This document shows positions 18,420-26,672 of a stretch of DNA of 41,642 nucleotides, piece after piece (the stretch's first letter is position 1; each line of letters begins with the position of its first letter). This stretch comes from an uncultured Methanosarcinales archaeon (GTDB lineage Archaea > Nanobdellota > Nanobdellia > Woesearchaeales > CAZOXR01): the NCBI GenBank assembly GCA_964566535.1, contig CAZMIO010000010.1:1-41642 (forward strand), written 5' to 3'. Position numbers and translations under genes: made by a program. The notes under the pieces are model-generated. The model was not told the DNA's origin and did not search any database. It saw nothing but the letters and a program-made list of their open reading frames with translations.

Positions 18420-18515
18420 TTTGGTCAGAATGTTTGTGTTCCTGTTAGTCCGTTTTGCTCTAAGTGCCCTATTTTTAAGTTTTGTAAGGGGGTGGGGGTT
18501 GAACGGAGTAGGTAG
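18420..18515 (+). pseudogene. nth: Displaced 3' fragment of endonuclease III
   Basis: Manual translation FGQNVCVPVSPFCSKCPIFKFCKGVGVERSR*; no start codon and an in-frame TAA at 18408. Confidence 0.85.
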
Positions 18516-19254
18516 TTTTTGATAACTGGTTACATACAGAGTTTGCTATTGTTTTTAGATTTATTATGTCTTCTTCATTGTATTCTACTAAGAGGTTTAT
18601 GTAGTGGTCGTCCCCAGTTGATTTGTACATTTTCCAGAGGGTAACTGCGTCTCCTCCGTGGAAGCTGTCTACTAGGTCTCTTCTTTTTATGTCGAATTGT
18701 TTTTCTATATTTTTTAATCCGCCGGTTAGGTTTAATTTTTTGCATGCATGCCTTAGGTCTAGGTGGGGGATGTCTGGGAGAATGTCTGGGTGTCTTTTTC
18801 TGATGAATGGTAGGTCGAATGAGGCTCCGTTGAATGTAACCATTAGTTTGTATTTTTGAAGTTCTTGTTTTAGCGCTTCCGGGTTAAGGTTAATTCCTTG
18901 TATCATTGTTTTTGTTGTGATGCCGTCGTAAAGTCCGACTACTGTTATGTCATCGTATGAGGAGAGGCCTGTTGTTTCTATGTCTAGGAAGACTGCGTCT
19001 TCTTTGAAGTAGTTGTATAGTCTCCATGTTTCTGTTGATGGGAGAATGTTTTTGAAGTGAGCTGAGTTTTGTTGATATAATGCTGCCCTTGCTTTTAGAA
19101 TTTGTCTGTCGTAGTAGGGCTTTCTTTGTTTTGAGATTCTTTTTATGTTGTCTGTTTGTAGGAATGAATCCCAGTCGGTAATTCCCTGATTCCAGATGTG
19201 TTGTTCTGTTTTTTTGTTGACTTTTTCTAAGAAGATGTATGAGTTTCTGATCAT
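18475..19254 (-). CDS. YprB-like RNase H-fold (DEDD) 3'-5' exonuclease
   Basis: FLDIETTG, TFNGASFDLP, HLDL, GGLKNIE, YNEED. Confidence 0.9.
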   Translation of the reverse strand: MIRNSYIFLEKVNKKTEQHIWNQGITDWDSFLQTDNIKRISKQRKPYYDRQILKARAALYQQNSAHFKNILPSTETWRLYNYFKEDAVFLDIETTGLSSYDDITVVGLYDGITTKTMIQGINLNPEALKQELQKYKLMVTFNGASFDLPFIRKRHPDILPDIPHLDLRHACKKLNLTGGLKNIEKQFDIKRRDLVDSFHGGDAVTLWKMYKSTGDDHYINLLVEYNEEDIINLKTIANSVCNQLSKTTYSVQPPPPYKT

Positions 19255-19293
19255 CAATTCTTTTTTGATGAATTGGTTTAAATATTTGTTGGT

Positions 19294-19312
19294 GGTGTTT
19301 GTCCAGTGGGTT
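19294..19312 (-). promoter_or_regulatory. Conserved motif AACCCACTGGACAAACACC upstream of TATA, copy 2
   Basis: 19/19 identical to 41506-41524; TTTAAA begins at 19282; overlaps the hisF stop. Confidence 0.7.
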
Positions 19313-20066
19313 ATTCCCTAACACAAACTTTTTGTTTTTTTAGGAAATCCTTTACGTCTTTGACTGTGTGTTTGTTGTAATGGAAGATTGAGGCTGCTAG
19401 TGCGGCATCTGCTTTTCCTTTTTTGAAGCCGTCTTCGAAATGTTTTAAGTTTCCAACTCCTCCTGATGCTATTACTGGTACGTTGACTGCTTCTGAGATT
19501 GTTTTTGTTAGGTTTAGTTCGAAACCAATTTTTGTTCCGTCTCTGTCCATTGAAGTTAATAGGATTTCTCCTGCGCCTAGCCTTACTGCTTTTTTTGCCC
19601 ACTCGACTGCATCAATTCCTGTTGCTTTTCTTCCGCCGTAAGTATAGACTTCCCATGAATTACCTTTCTTTTTTGCATCGATTGCTAGAACTATGCATTG
19701 AGAGCCGAACTTTTTTGAGGCTTCTTTGAGAAGGTCTGGGTTTTCTACAGCTGCTGTGTTTATGCTTACCTTGTCTGCTCCTGCGTTTAATGTGTCTCTG
19801 ATGTCCTTTAAGTTTCTTATCCCTCCTCCGACTGTGAATGGGATGAATATTTGTTTAGCTACATTTTTTATTATGTCAATCATTGACTTTCTTTTGTCGG
19901 ATGATGCGGTTATGTCTAAGAAAACTAATTCGTCAGCTCCTTGTTTGTTGTATTCTTTGGCTAACTCTACTGGGTCTCCTGCGTCTTTTATGTTGACGAA
20001 CTTTTCTCCTTTTACAACTCGTCCTTTGTCGACGTCCATGCATGGTATAATTCTTTTTGATAACAT
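19311..20066 (-). CDS. hisF: Imidazole glycerol phosphate synthase cyclase subunit
   Basis: [50 protein letters not shown]. Confidence 0.97.
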   Translation of the reverse strand: MLSKRIIPCMDVDKGRVVKGEKFVNIKDAGDPVELAKEYNKQGADELVFLDITASSDKRKSMIDIIKNVAKQIFIPFTVGGGIRNLKDIRDTLNAGADKVSINTAAVENPDLLKEASKKFGSQCIVLAIDAKKKGNSWEVYTYGGRKATGIDAVEWAKKAVRLGAGEILLTSMDRDGTKIGFELNLTKTISEAVNVPVIASGGVGNLKHFEDGFKKGKADAALAASIFHYNKHTVKDVKDFLKKQKVCVRE

Positions 20067-20088
20067 TTTATTTTGGTTTTTGTTTTCT

Positions 20089-20234
20089 CCAATACGATTA
20101 ATTTGGTTTTCCAATGGTTAAATTTTTTGTAAATATTTTTTATCAATACGTTATTAATTGTTTTCCATTAGTTATTCTCTTTTTATTTTAAATAAAGACG
20201 GTGTAATGTTTGCAATTTCTTTACAGAAATTGCA
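20089..20234. repeat. Bipartite dispersed repeat, copy 2
   Basis: Matches 15161-15236; has a degenerate internal copy at about 20144-20174 and a TGCAATTTCT-TTAC-AGAAATTGCA hairpin over the HAD stop. Confidence 0.85.
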
Positions 20235-20829
20235 TTAATTCCTTTAAGTCTTTAATCTTTTTGTTTCCACCGTTGACATTTAATCCAATTGTGAATATTT
20301 CTGCGTTTTTTCCGGCTGAAATGTCGGTTTTAGTATCTCCTATGAAGATTGCGTTCTCTTTTTCTATGTTTAGGTCTTTTAGTGCTTTGAAGATGATGTC
20401 TGGTTCCGGTTTTCCTACTTCTACGTCGTCTGCACAGGCAAACGTATTAAAGTATTTGTGAAGTTTTATTTTTTTAAGTGTTTCTTCTGCTTGTTCATGG
20501 TAAGTGTTTGTTACGACTGCTGTTTTGATCTTTTTTTCTTTTAGTTTTTTTAGTGTTTGTTCTACATTTGGAAGTATTTTGATGTGTTTATCAAACTCAA
20601 GGAAATTTTCTTGATAGTAATCTGCTACTTCGTTTATGTCTATCTCTGGGAAGTATTTTGGGATGATAATTGATGAATCAATTGCCCAGCAGTTTTTTAT
20701 GAATTCTTTCTTTGTTACTGTTTTGAAATTGAAATTTGCTAGTGCTCCATTGAATACATGGAACCATGCTTCGAATGAGTCTATTAATACTCCGTCCATG
20801 TCGAATAATACTGCTTTGATGTTGTTCAT
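20221..20829 (-). CDS. HAD-superfamily phosphatase
   Basis: FDMDGVLID, VVTN, KPEPD, FIGDTKTD. Confidence 0.93.
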   Translation of the reverse strand: MNNIKAVLFDMDGVLIDSFEAWFHVFNGALANFNFKTVTKKEFIKNCWAIDSSIIIPKYFPEIDINEVADYYQENFLEFDKHIKILPNVEQTLKKLKEKKIKTAVVTNTYHEQAEETLKKIKLHKYFNTFACADDVEVGKPEPDIIFKALKDLNIEKENAIFIGDTKTDISAGKNAEIFTIGLNVNGGNKKIKDLKELMQFL

Positions 20830-20854
20830 TTTTGTCTCTTGTTGTCTATTCTTT

Positions 20855-21454
20855 TTATTTTATGTTAACGAAGTTCTTTAATACTTTTAATCCGAGTTCT
20901 CCGCTTCTTTCTGGGTGGAATTGGACTGCGAAGATGTTGTCATGCTCAATCCCGCTTGTGAAGTCAATTCCGTAATCTGTTTTTGTTAGGATGATTGAAT
21001 TGTCCTCTGGTTGGACGTAATAGGAGTGTACGAAGTAGAAATAGGAGTTGTCTTTTATTCCTTTTAATAGTTTTGAGCTGTCTTTTTGGATTTTGATTGA
21101 ATTCCAGCCTATTTGGGGAATTTTTAGTTTGGTGAACTTCTTTACTTCCCCTTTGAATATGTTTAATCCTGAAATTCCTTTGTTCTCTTCACTTTTTTCG
21201 AATAGGGCTTGAAGTCCTAGGCAGATGCCTAGGTATGGTTTTTGGGTTAATGACTCTTTTATTGCTTTGTTTAGGCTGTTTTTTTCTAAAGAAGTCATCA
21301 TATCTCCAAAGGAACCGACTCCTGGGAAGATTATTTTTTCAGCTGATTCTATGTCTTCTGGTTTGTTTGTTATTTTACTGTCTACTTTTAGAAAATCTAG
21401 TGCGTTTTTTACTGATTTTAGGTTTCCTGCCCCATAATCAATTATTGCTATCAT
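20855..21454 (-). CDS. hisH: Imidazole glycerol phosphate synthase glutaminase subunit
   Basis: IDYGAGNLKSV, PGVGSF, GICLG, YFVHSY, QFHPE. Confidence 0.97.
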   Translation of the reverse strand: MIAIIDYGAGNLKSVKNALDFLKVDSKITNKPEDIESAEKIIFPGVGSFGDMMTSLEKNSLNKAIKESLTQKPYLGICLGLQALFEKSEENKGISGLNIFKGEVKKFTKLKIPQIGWNSIKIQKDSSKLLKGIKDNSYFYFVHSYYVQPEDNSIILTKTDYGIDFTSGIEHDNIFAVQFHPERSGELGLKVLKNFVNIK

Positions 21455-21611
21455 GTATTGTAATGTGCTGTATAACTTTATTTAAAGGTTGCTCTTTAGA
21501 AAATGGAATAGAATAAAAATTGTCAGAATCTTCCATGGCTGGTAACTGGTGGTTTGGACCAATATTCGCCTTTAGGTAATTTCTGACATATTATTGGAAA
21601 TTTGTAAGATA

Positions 21612-21884
21612 TTAAGTTTTGGTTTCCATTCCGTGCTTAATTGACATGATTTGTAATAGTTTTAGAGCGTTAACTTCTTTTTTTAGATCATCTATGTGGT
21701 CTTTAAGTTCGTGGATAAGTTCGTAATTGTGCTGAACATTATTGGCATTTTCTTCGACTATTGTAGAAACATCGGTAATTTGGGAGAATTCTGACCTAAT
21801 CTGCTTTATCCAAGCATCAACATTTTCTTTGAAATCAAACATATCTTTTTCCATTTTTTTTGTGAAAATTGAGGGGACAGTCAT
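21612..21884 (-). CDS. Small coiled-coil hypothetical protein (start at 21884, 21854 or 21842)
   Basis: Heptad pattern in NVQHNYELIHELKDHIDDLKKEVNALK. Confidence 0.75.
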   Translation of the reverse strand: MTVPSIFTKKMEKDMFDFKENVDAWIKQIRSEFSQITDVSTIVEENANNVQHNYELIHELKDHIDDLKKEVNALKLLQIMSIKHGMETKT

Positions 21885-22063
21885 TAATTGGCATATTACA
21901 GAGGTTAACTATGGTTTGTAGGTTGTCCTCACCTATGCCATGACTGTCCCTTTCAAATGTGATTTATGTGTGAAAGGGAGAGACAGTCAAAATCGATGGC
22001 ATATTACAGAGGTTAACTATGGTTTGTAGGTTGTCCTCACCTATGCCTTTTGACTGTCTCTTT
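21869..22063. ncRNA. Two tandem structured elements (51-bp identical core in covarying outer stems); candidate cis-regulatory RNA
   Basis: 21889-21939 = 21997-22047; nested stems GACAGTCA/TGACTGTC, GGCATA/TATGCC, GAGG/CCTC. Confidence 0.6.
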
Positions 22064-22074
22064 AATGTCATATA

Positions 22075-22240
22075 ATCAGAAGTGTTCAACACTCCTGAGT
22101 ATGCTCAAAAACATTTAGATTCTTTTGTCATATCCAAGATTTTTGACCTTGGGTAGGCTCAAAAACACTAAAACGTTTTTGACATATCAGAAACAAAAGT
22201 GGTTTCTGACTATGCTCAAAAACAATATTGTTTTTGACAT
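22075..22240. repeat. BIME-like array of alternating short palindromes (three A-B doublets)
   Basis: A = ATCAGAA..TCTGA; B = ATGCTCAAAAAC..TTTTTGACAT. Confidence 0.8.
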
Positions 22241-22655
22241 ATTAGTATAGTTATTAGTATATTAGTAGTATATAAAGGTTTCTATTATACACCACTCTGT
22301 AATATATATTTTGTAGTGTAGTGGTTTTTAGGTAAAAAATGTTTTAATTTGCGATATTTAATGGAATCACGTCGAGGAATTGGGGATGAGGGTTATGTTT
22401 TTTTGGTTGTTGGCGGTGTTTTTTTGGCCCTAAACTTGGTTGAGAAGGAATGGATTTTGGTTGATTTTGGTGGGTTTAGAGGGTCTTGTTTGGATTGGTT
22501 TAGGTAATAGCAAGAATGTTTGAGGTAGTTAATTTGGTTGATGTTGGTTGTAATCTGTTTTTGAGTTGTTTTGTGGTCGGTAATTGAGAAATCATAGAAA
22601 CATTTAAATAAAAAGTTCTCAAGAGTTAAAGATGTAATTATATTGTTATGATTAG

Positions 22656-22800
22656 TGTCAAAAACCACTCTGCTAAATCATGGTGGCATGTGAATTATGC
22701 CACTAACATGTTAAGTGGTTTTTGAGCATGCTCAGAATACCACTTATTATTTGTGGTTTACAGAGTAAACCACCATTCTTAAGATGGTGGTATTCCGACA
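22656..22800 (+). repeat. Composite palindromic element, copy in the parA 5' leader
   Basis: TGTCAAAAACCAC...GTGGTTTTTGAGCATGCTCAGAAT...ATTCCGACA; inverted relative to the 23620 and 33499 copies. Confidence 0.8.
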
Positions 22801-22819
22801 TATTAAAAAAGAGGCCAAA

Positions 22820-23590
22820 ATGACGCATACAATTGCATTTGCGCACTTCAAAGGAGGGACGGGTAAAACTACTTCTTGCCTGAGTATTGCAGGGTATCTT
22901 GCGAAGAACGGTGCGAAGGTTTTGGCGGTTGACCTTGATCCTCAATCTAATTTGACGAGTGGTTTAGGAGTTGATCAGTCTAATCTTAAAAATTCTACAT
23001 TCCATATTATGTCGAGGAGAAAGAGAGCAAGAGCAGTAATTGTGCCGACAAAGATTGAGAATTTAGATATTGCGCCTGCAACTCCTTATTTGGTTCATGC
23101 AACTTTGAGGAAGTATGAAAGGAAGGATGATGCGATGATTCTGCGGAATGCAATAAAGAGGATTAAAAGTATCTATGATTATATTTTGGTAGATACGCCT
23201 ACGTCGAATGGGCATTTTATTGTGAACGGAGTTACTGCTTCTGATTCTGTTGTGATGGTTCTTGATGAAGGTACTTTTTCATTGAAAGGGATAGACTCAT
23301 TCAAGAAAGTTTTTAATTCATATTGTGGGAAGTTAGGATTGAGGTTAAATATTGCAATGGCTTTGGTTTCGAAGTGTGATAAGTCTTTGTTGAACTTTGG
23401 GAAGAAAAGGTATCGGGAAGTTAAGAAAGCTGCAGAAGAGATTTTAGGTACTACCGTTCATACAATTCCTTATTCAGACCATATCCATGAGTCACAAAAG
23501 CTTTCTGTTCCTATTTCACATTATAAGCCCAATAGTCGAGTGGGTAAGGCTTATATGAATGTGATTGGAAGTATCATCGATTTGAAATAG
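22820..23590 (+). CDS. ParA/Soj-family ATPase
   Basis: KGGTGKTT (deviant Walker A), DLDPQSNLT, YDYILVDTP; GAGG RBS before ATG 22820. Confidence 0.92.
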   Translation: MTHTIAFAHFKGGTGKTTSCLSIAGYLAKNGAKVLAVDLDPQSNLTSGLGVDQSNLKNSTFHIMSRRKRARAVIVPTKIENLDIAPATPYLVHATLRKYERKDDAMILRNAIKRIKSIYDYILVDTPTSNGHFIVNGVTASDSVVMVLDEGTFSLKGIDSFKKVFNSYCGKLGLRLNIAMALVSKCDKSLLNFGKKRYREVKKAAEEILGTTVHTIPYSDHIHESQKLSVPISHYKPNSRVGKAYMNVIGSIIDLK

Positions 23591-23619
23591 ATTGTTAGGT
23601 AGGGTCGAATCAATTTTAA

Positions 23620-23897
23620 TGTCGGAATTCCACCAATCGATTGGTGGTTTAGGGTGGAATTCTGAGTGTTTGAAATGCAAGGCATTTCTAACATGCTCAG
23701 AAATGTTCCATTTCTGACACATGATCAAATGTCAGAAATAGACATTTCTGAGCACACTCCAAAATCTTTGATTTTGGATGAACCACCTAAATGAGGTTAG
23801 CTATGCTACAAATATGCCACCCATCTGTGATGTGTCGGAAATCGAAGATTTCTGAGCATCTCAAAAATCAGAGATTTTTAAGAGGTGGTTTTTGACA
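23620..23897 (-). repeat. Composite palindromic element, copy expanded by additional short palindromes
   Basis: Same termini as the 33499-33624 copy, with about six extra hairpin units inside. Confidence 0.85.
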
Positions 23898-23898
23898 G

Positions 23899-25365
23899 AT
23901 GGTGAAAAGAAGAGGGGAGTTTGTAATAATTGTATTTGTAATTATATTATTATTTTCTATATTTAGTAATGCAGATGAAGAGGAGATTTTCTCTGGGACA
24001 GTTGAGTCAGGAGTTCCTATCAATGTTAGTGGTGATTTCTATAGTTTTAGTATTAGTAGTGATAATTCGAGGATAAGTTCTACACTGCCAGATGGATTAG
24101 GTCTGATTGTTGTAAATGGTACTTGCGAGTCTAGGGGGAACTATATAGTTTGTTTTAGTGGTTCAGAATATTAGTATCATAACTATACAACTGATAAAGA
24201 ATACTATAAGGCCCAAGTTAGCATCAGTAATATTGTAGCAGATGTTGATTTGGTAAGGGCTGAAGGGGATGTTGAGCTGTTGATTGGGGAGAAAACAGAG
24301 ATTGAAATGACTTTGAAGAATGGTAATGATAGGGAAGCTTTGGATATTGTTTATTCTGATCCAGTTTCTACTTCGTTTTCTATAGTTGAGGTTGATGGTT
24401 GTGTTGTTGAGGAAACTAATAGTTCTTTTAATACTATTAAATGGAGTGGTGATTTGGTAAAGGGGGCGGAGAGAGGATGTTCATATGTAATAATGGCACT
24501 TTGGAAAACTGAGTTTGAGTCTGTTGGGCAGTTAAAATACTTTAATGGAGCTAGCGTTTTTGAGGTTGAGTCTGAAGAGTTAGATATTGATGTTGAAGAT
24601 TATCAGCTTAATGTAACTTTTGAATTAGCTGAAGATGAGATTGAGTTTGGAGATGAAACTGAGCTTAGGATTAATCTGTCTAATGTTAACGAGGATAGCT
24701 ATATCAAGATAGATTTGTTTGAGACTTTAATTCCAGTTGGGCTTAAAATTGTGACACCTCCAAAATATTTGGGAATGCAATGGAGAAAGCTCTTTTGGTC
24801 TGGTTCTGTTGAGAAAGATGATAGTAGGTTATTTTCTATAAAATTGAATGGAGAGGATATTGGGGATTATCATTTTAATCTTAAAATAGGATATATCATT
24901 GATGGTGTAAGAAAAGATTTTGAGAAGACAGCTGACCTTAAAGTTAAAGGAGATGTGCTTACGATACTTTCTGATGTCGTTGATGCTTTGGATGAAGGGA
25001 TGGAGTCGACATTGAAGGTGAAGGTTAAAAATCCAAGTGGGAAGTATCAGTATAAAGATATTGAGCTTAAGGTAAGTAGTACATTGCCCGGATTTAATGA
25101 AAATGAACATAAGTTAGGGAGGTTGGATCCTTTAGGGGAAGTTGAAGTGATAGAGGATTTTATAATTCCTGAGGCTGAGGAGGAGAAGGATCATGTTATG
25201 ATTTTGGATTTGGTCTATGAAACTGAGTATGGCCAGATTTTGAAGATTCATGAGGAGAAAGTTATTAGTTCATCGGTTGAGGAAGTAGAGGTTGCCAAGG
25301 AAGTTGCTGAAGAGATTGAACAAGTTGCTGAAGGCGGAGATGAAGAGGGGGAGCAATCTTTTTGA
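23899..25365 (+). pseudogene. Secreted Ig-like/S-layer (COG1361-like) protein with internal TAG and probable 3' truncation
   Basis: ORFs 23899-24174 and 24250-25365 are in the same frame and separated by one TAG; signal peptide; no C-terminal TM. Confidence 0.7.
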
Positions 25366-25618
25366 ATGGACACATAAAAAATTAAATGGAAAAGATTTTC
25401 CTGCAACTGTTTTATTGAGTAGGATTGAATTAAAAGGTAAAAAGTTTCTTCAAGCAACTGTAAGGGGTATTACAGAAAAAAAGAAAGTCGAAGAAGAATT
25501 AAAAGGACCACTGAAAGCATATGAAAAAGCACTTAAGAAATTATCTTCAAAGTACAAAGATATGCCTTCGCGGAAGGAGTTGGAAGAGGTTTTTGGGAAG
25601 AAGAAAGAAGGTAAATGA
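25337..25618 (+). pseudogene. 5'-truncated PAS/PAC sensor fragment with conserved C-terminal tail
   Basis: FEWTHKKLNGKDFPATVLLSRIELKGKKFLQATVRGITEKK is the second half of a PAS domain; tail homologous to the 26673 gene. Confidence 0.7.
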
Positions 25619-25651
25619 TTGTTATTTGATTAAAGATAAAAAGGTGAAAAA

Positions 25652-26650
25652 ATGAAGATTAAAAAAACATTAATTATTGGATTTTTAATATTGTTAGTAT
25701 CGATCACAGGATGTGTTGAGGAACAACCAGGGGAAACTGTGAGGCTTGTAGATAAGGTTACTATTGCAGATGCAAAATCATTAGTTGCAGCTCATGTGTA
25801 TGTTGCACTCGAGAATGGATATTTTGAAGAAGAAGGATTAGATGTAACTCTTGATCAAACCTACACTCACGGGAGAGATATGATAAATGGAGTATTAGAT
25901 GGAAGGGCAGATTTTGCAACTGGATCAGAAACACCATTTATGCACTCTGGTTTAAATAATGAAAATATTTACATCATTGCAACAACAGTTAAACCACAAA
26001 AAAATATAGTGCTTGTTGCTAGAAAAGAAAAAATTAAGACATTTGATGACCTTAAAGAGAAGAAAATTGGAGTAACTTTTGGTTCTAATGCAGAATTCCT
26101 TTTGGATTTATTATTACAATTAAATGAAATGGAGAAAGAAGATGTAGAGCTTGTCAATTTAAGGCCTGGTCAGATGGTAGAAAGTTTGACAAATGATGAT
26201 GTAGATGCAATTATATCTTGGTATCCCCATTGGCAGAATGCTAAAGATGCTTTAGGTAGTGAGGTGACGATATTTTCTGAAGATAGATATACTCCCCATT
26301 TTGTTTTAGGAGCAAGAAAGGACTTTGTAAACAATAATCCAGATCTGATTAAAAAATTCTTAAATGCTATTAAAAAATCAGATAATTTTATTGATAATGA
26401 TTTGGATGAGGCAGCCTCTATTTTTTCAAAATATATGGGTACAGAAAAAGAATTTTTGGGTGATTTGGATGAACAATATGTATTTTATTTATCTCTTAAG
26501 CAGTCGCTTATACTAATCTTAGAAGACCAAGCAAGATGGGCAATTAAAAACAATTTAACTGATGCAACAAAGGTTCCAAACTATCTAGATTATATCTATT
26601 TTGATGCTCTAGAAGAGGTAAAACCAGAAGTTGTAACAATCATCCACTAA
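25652..26650 (+). CDS. NMT1/THI5/SsuA-like substrate-binding lipoprotein
   Basis: ITGC lipobox, VALENGYFEEEGLDV, DLKEKKIGV, VDAIISWYP, LEDQARWAI...PNYLDYI. Confidence 0.88.
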   Translation: MKIKKTLIIGFLILLVSITGCVEEQPGETVRLVDKVTIADAKSLVAAHVYVALENGYFEEEGLDVTLDQTYTHGRDMINGVLDGRADFATGSETPFMHSGLNNENIYIIATTVKPQKNIVLVARKEKIKTFDDLKEKKIGVTFGSNAEFLLDLLLQLNEMEKEDVELVNLRPGQMVESLTNDDVDAIISWYPHWQNAKDALGSEVTIFSEDRYTPHFVLGARKDFVNNNPDLIKKFLNAIKKSDNFIDNDLDEAASIFSKYMGTEKEFLGDLDEQYVFYLSLKQSLILILEDQARWAIKNNLTDATKVPNYLDYIYFDALEEVKPEVVTIIH

Positions 26651-26672
26651 GATAAGTAAAATAAACCAAAAG

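Noticed and set aside
20067..20114. N-terminal extension [16 protein letters not shown] on HisF
   Set aside because: It is encoded by the dispersed repeat; the canonical HisF start MLSKRII is at 20066.
21520..21588. ZTP riboswitch upstream of hisH
   Set aside because: Only GGCGAA and AAACCACC resemble it. The GGGGAG and CGCCUGGGC parts are missing, and hisH has its own TATA box downstream.
22075..22240. CRISPR array
   Set aside because: Units are degenerate alternating palindromes without unique 30-40-bp spacers, and there are no cas genes.
22393..22668. 91-aa minus-strand ORF
   Set aside because: Low-complexity T/K/N product explained by the G+T skew; starts inside a repeat element.
21850..22820. 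Replication origin
   Set aside because: No cdc6/orc1 gene, no recognisable ORB elements, and the plus-strand G/T bias appears the same on both sides.
24172..24174. TAG recoding or pyrrolysine
   Set aside because: TAG is the normal stop of several genes here (rnp2, DUF357, nth, argF), and no pyl genes are seen.
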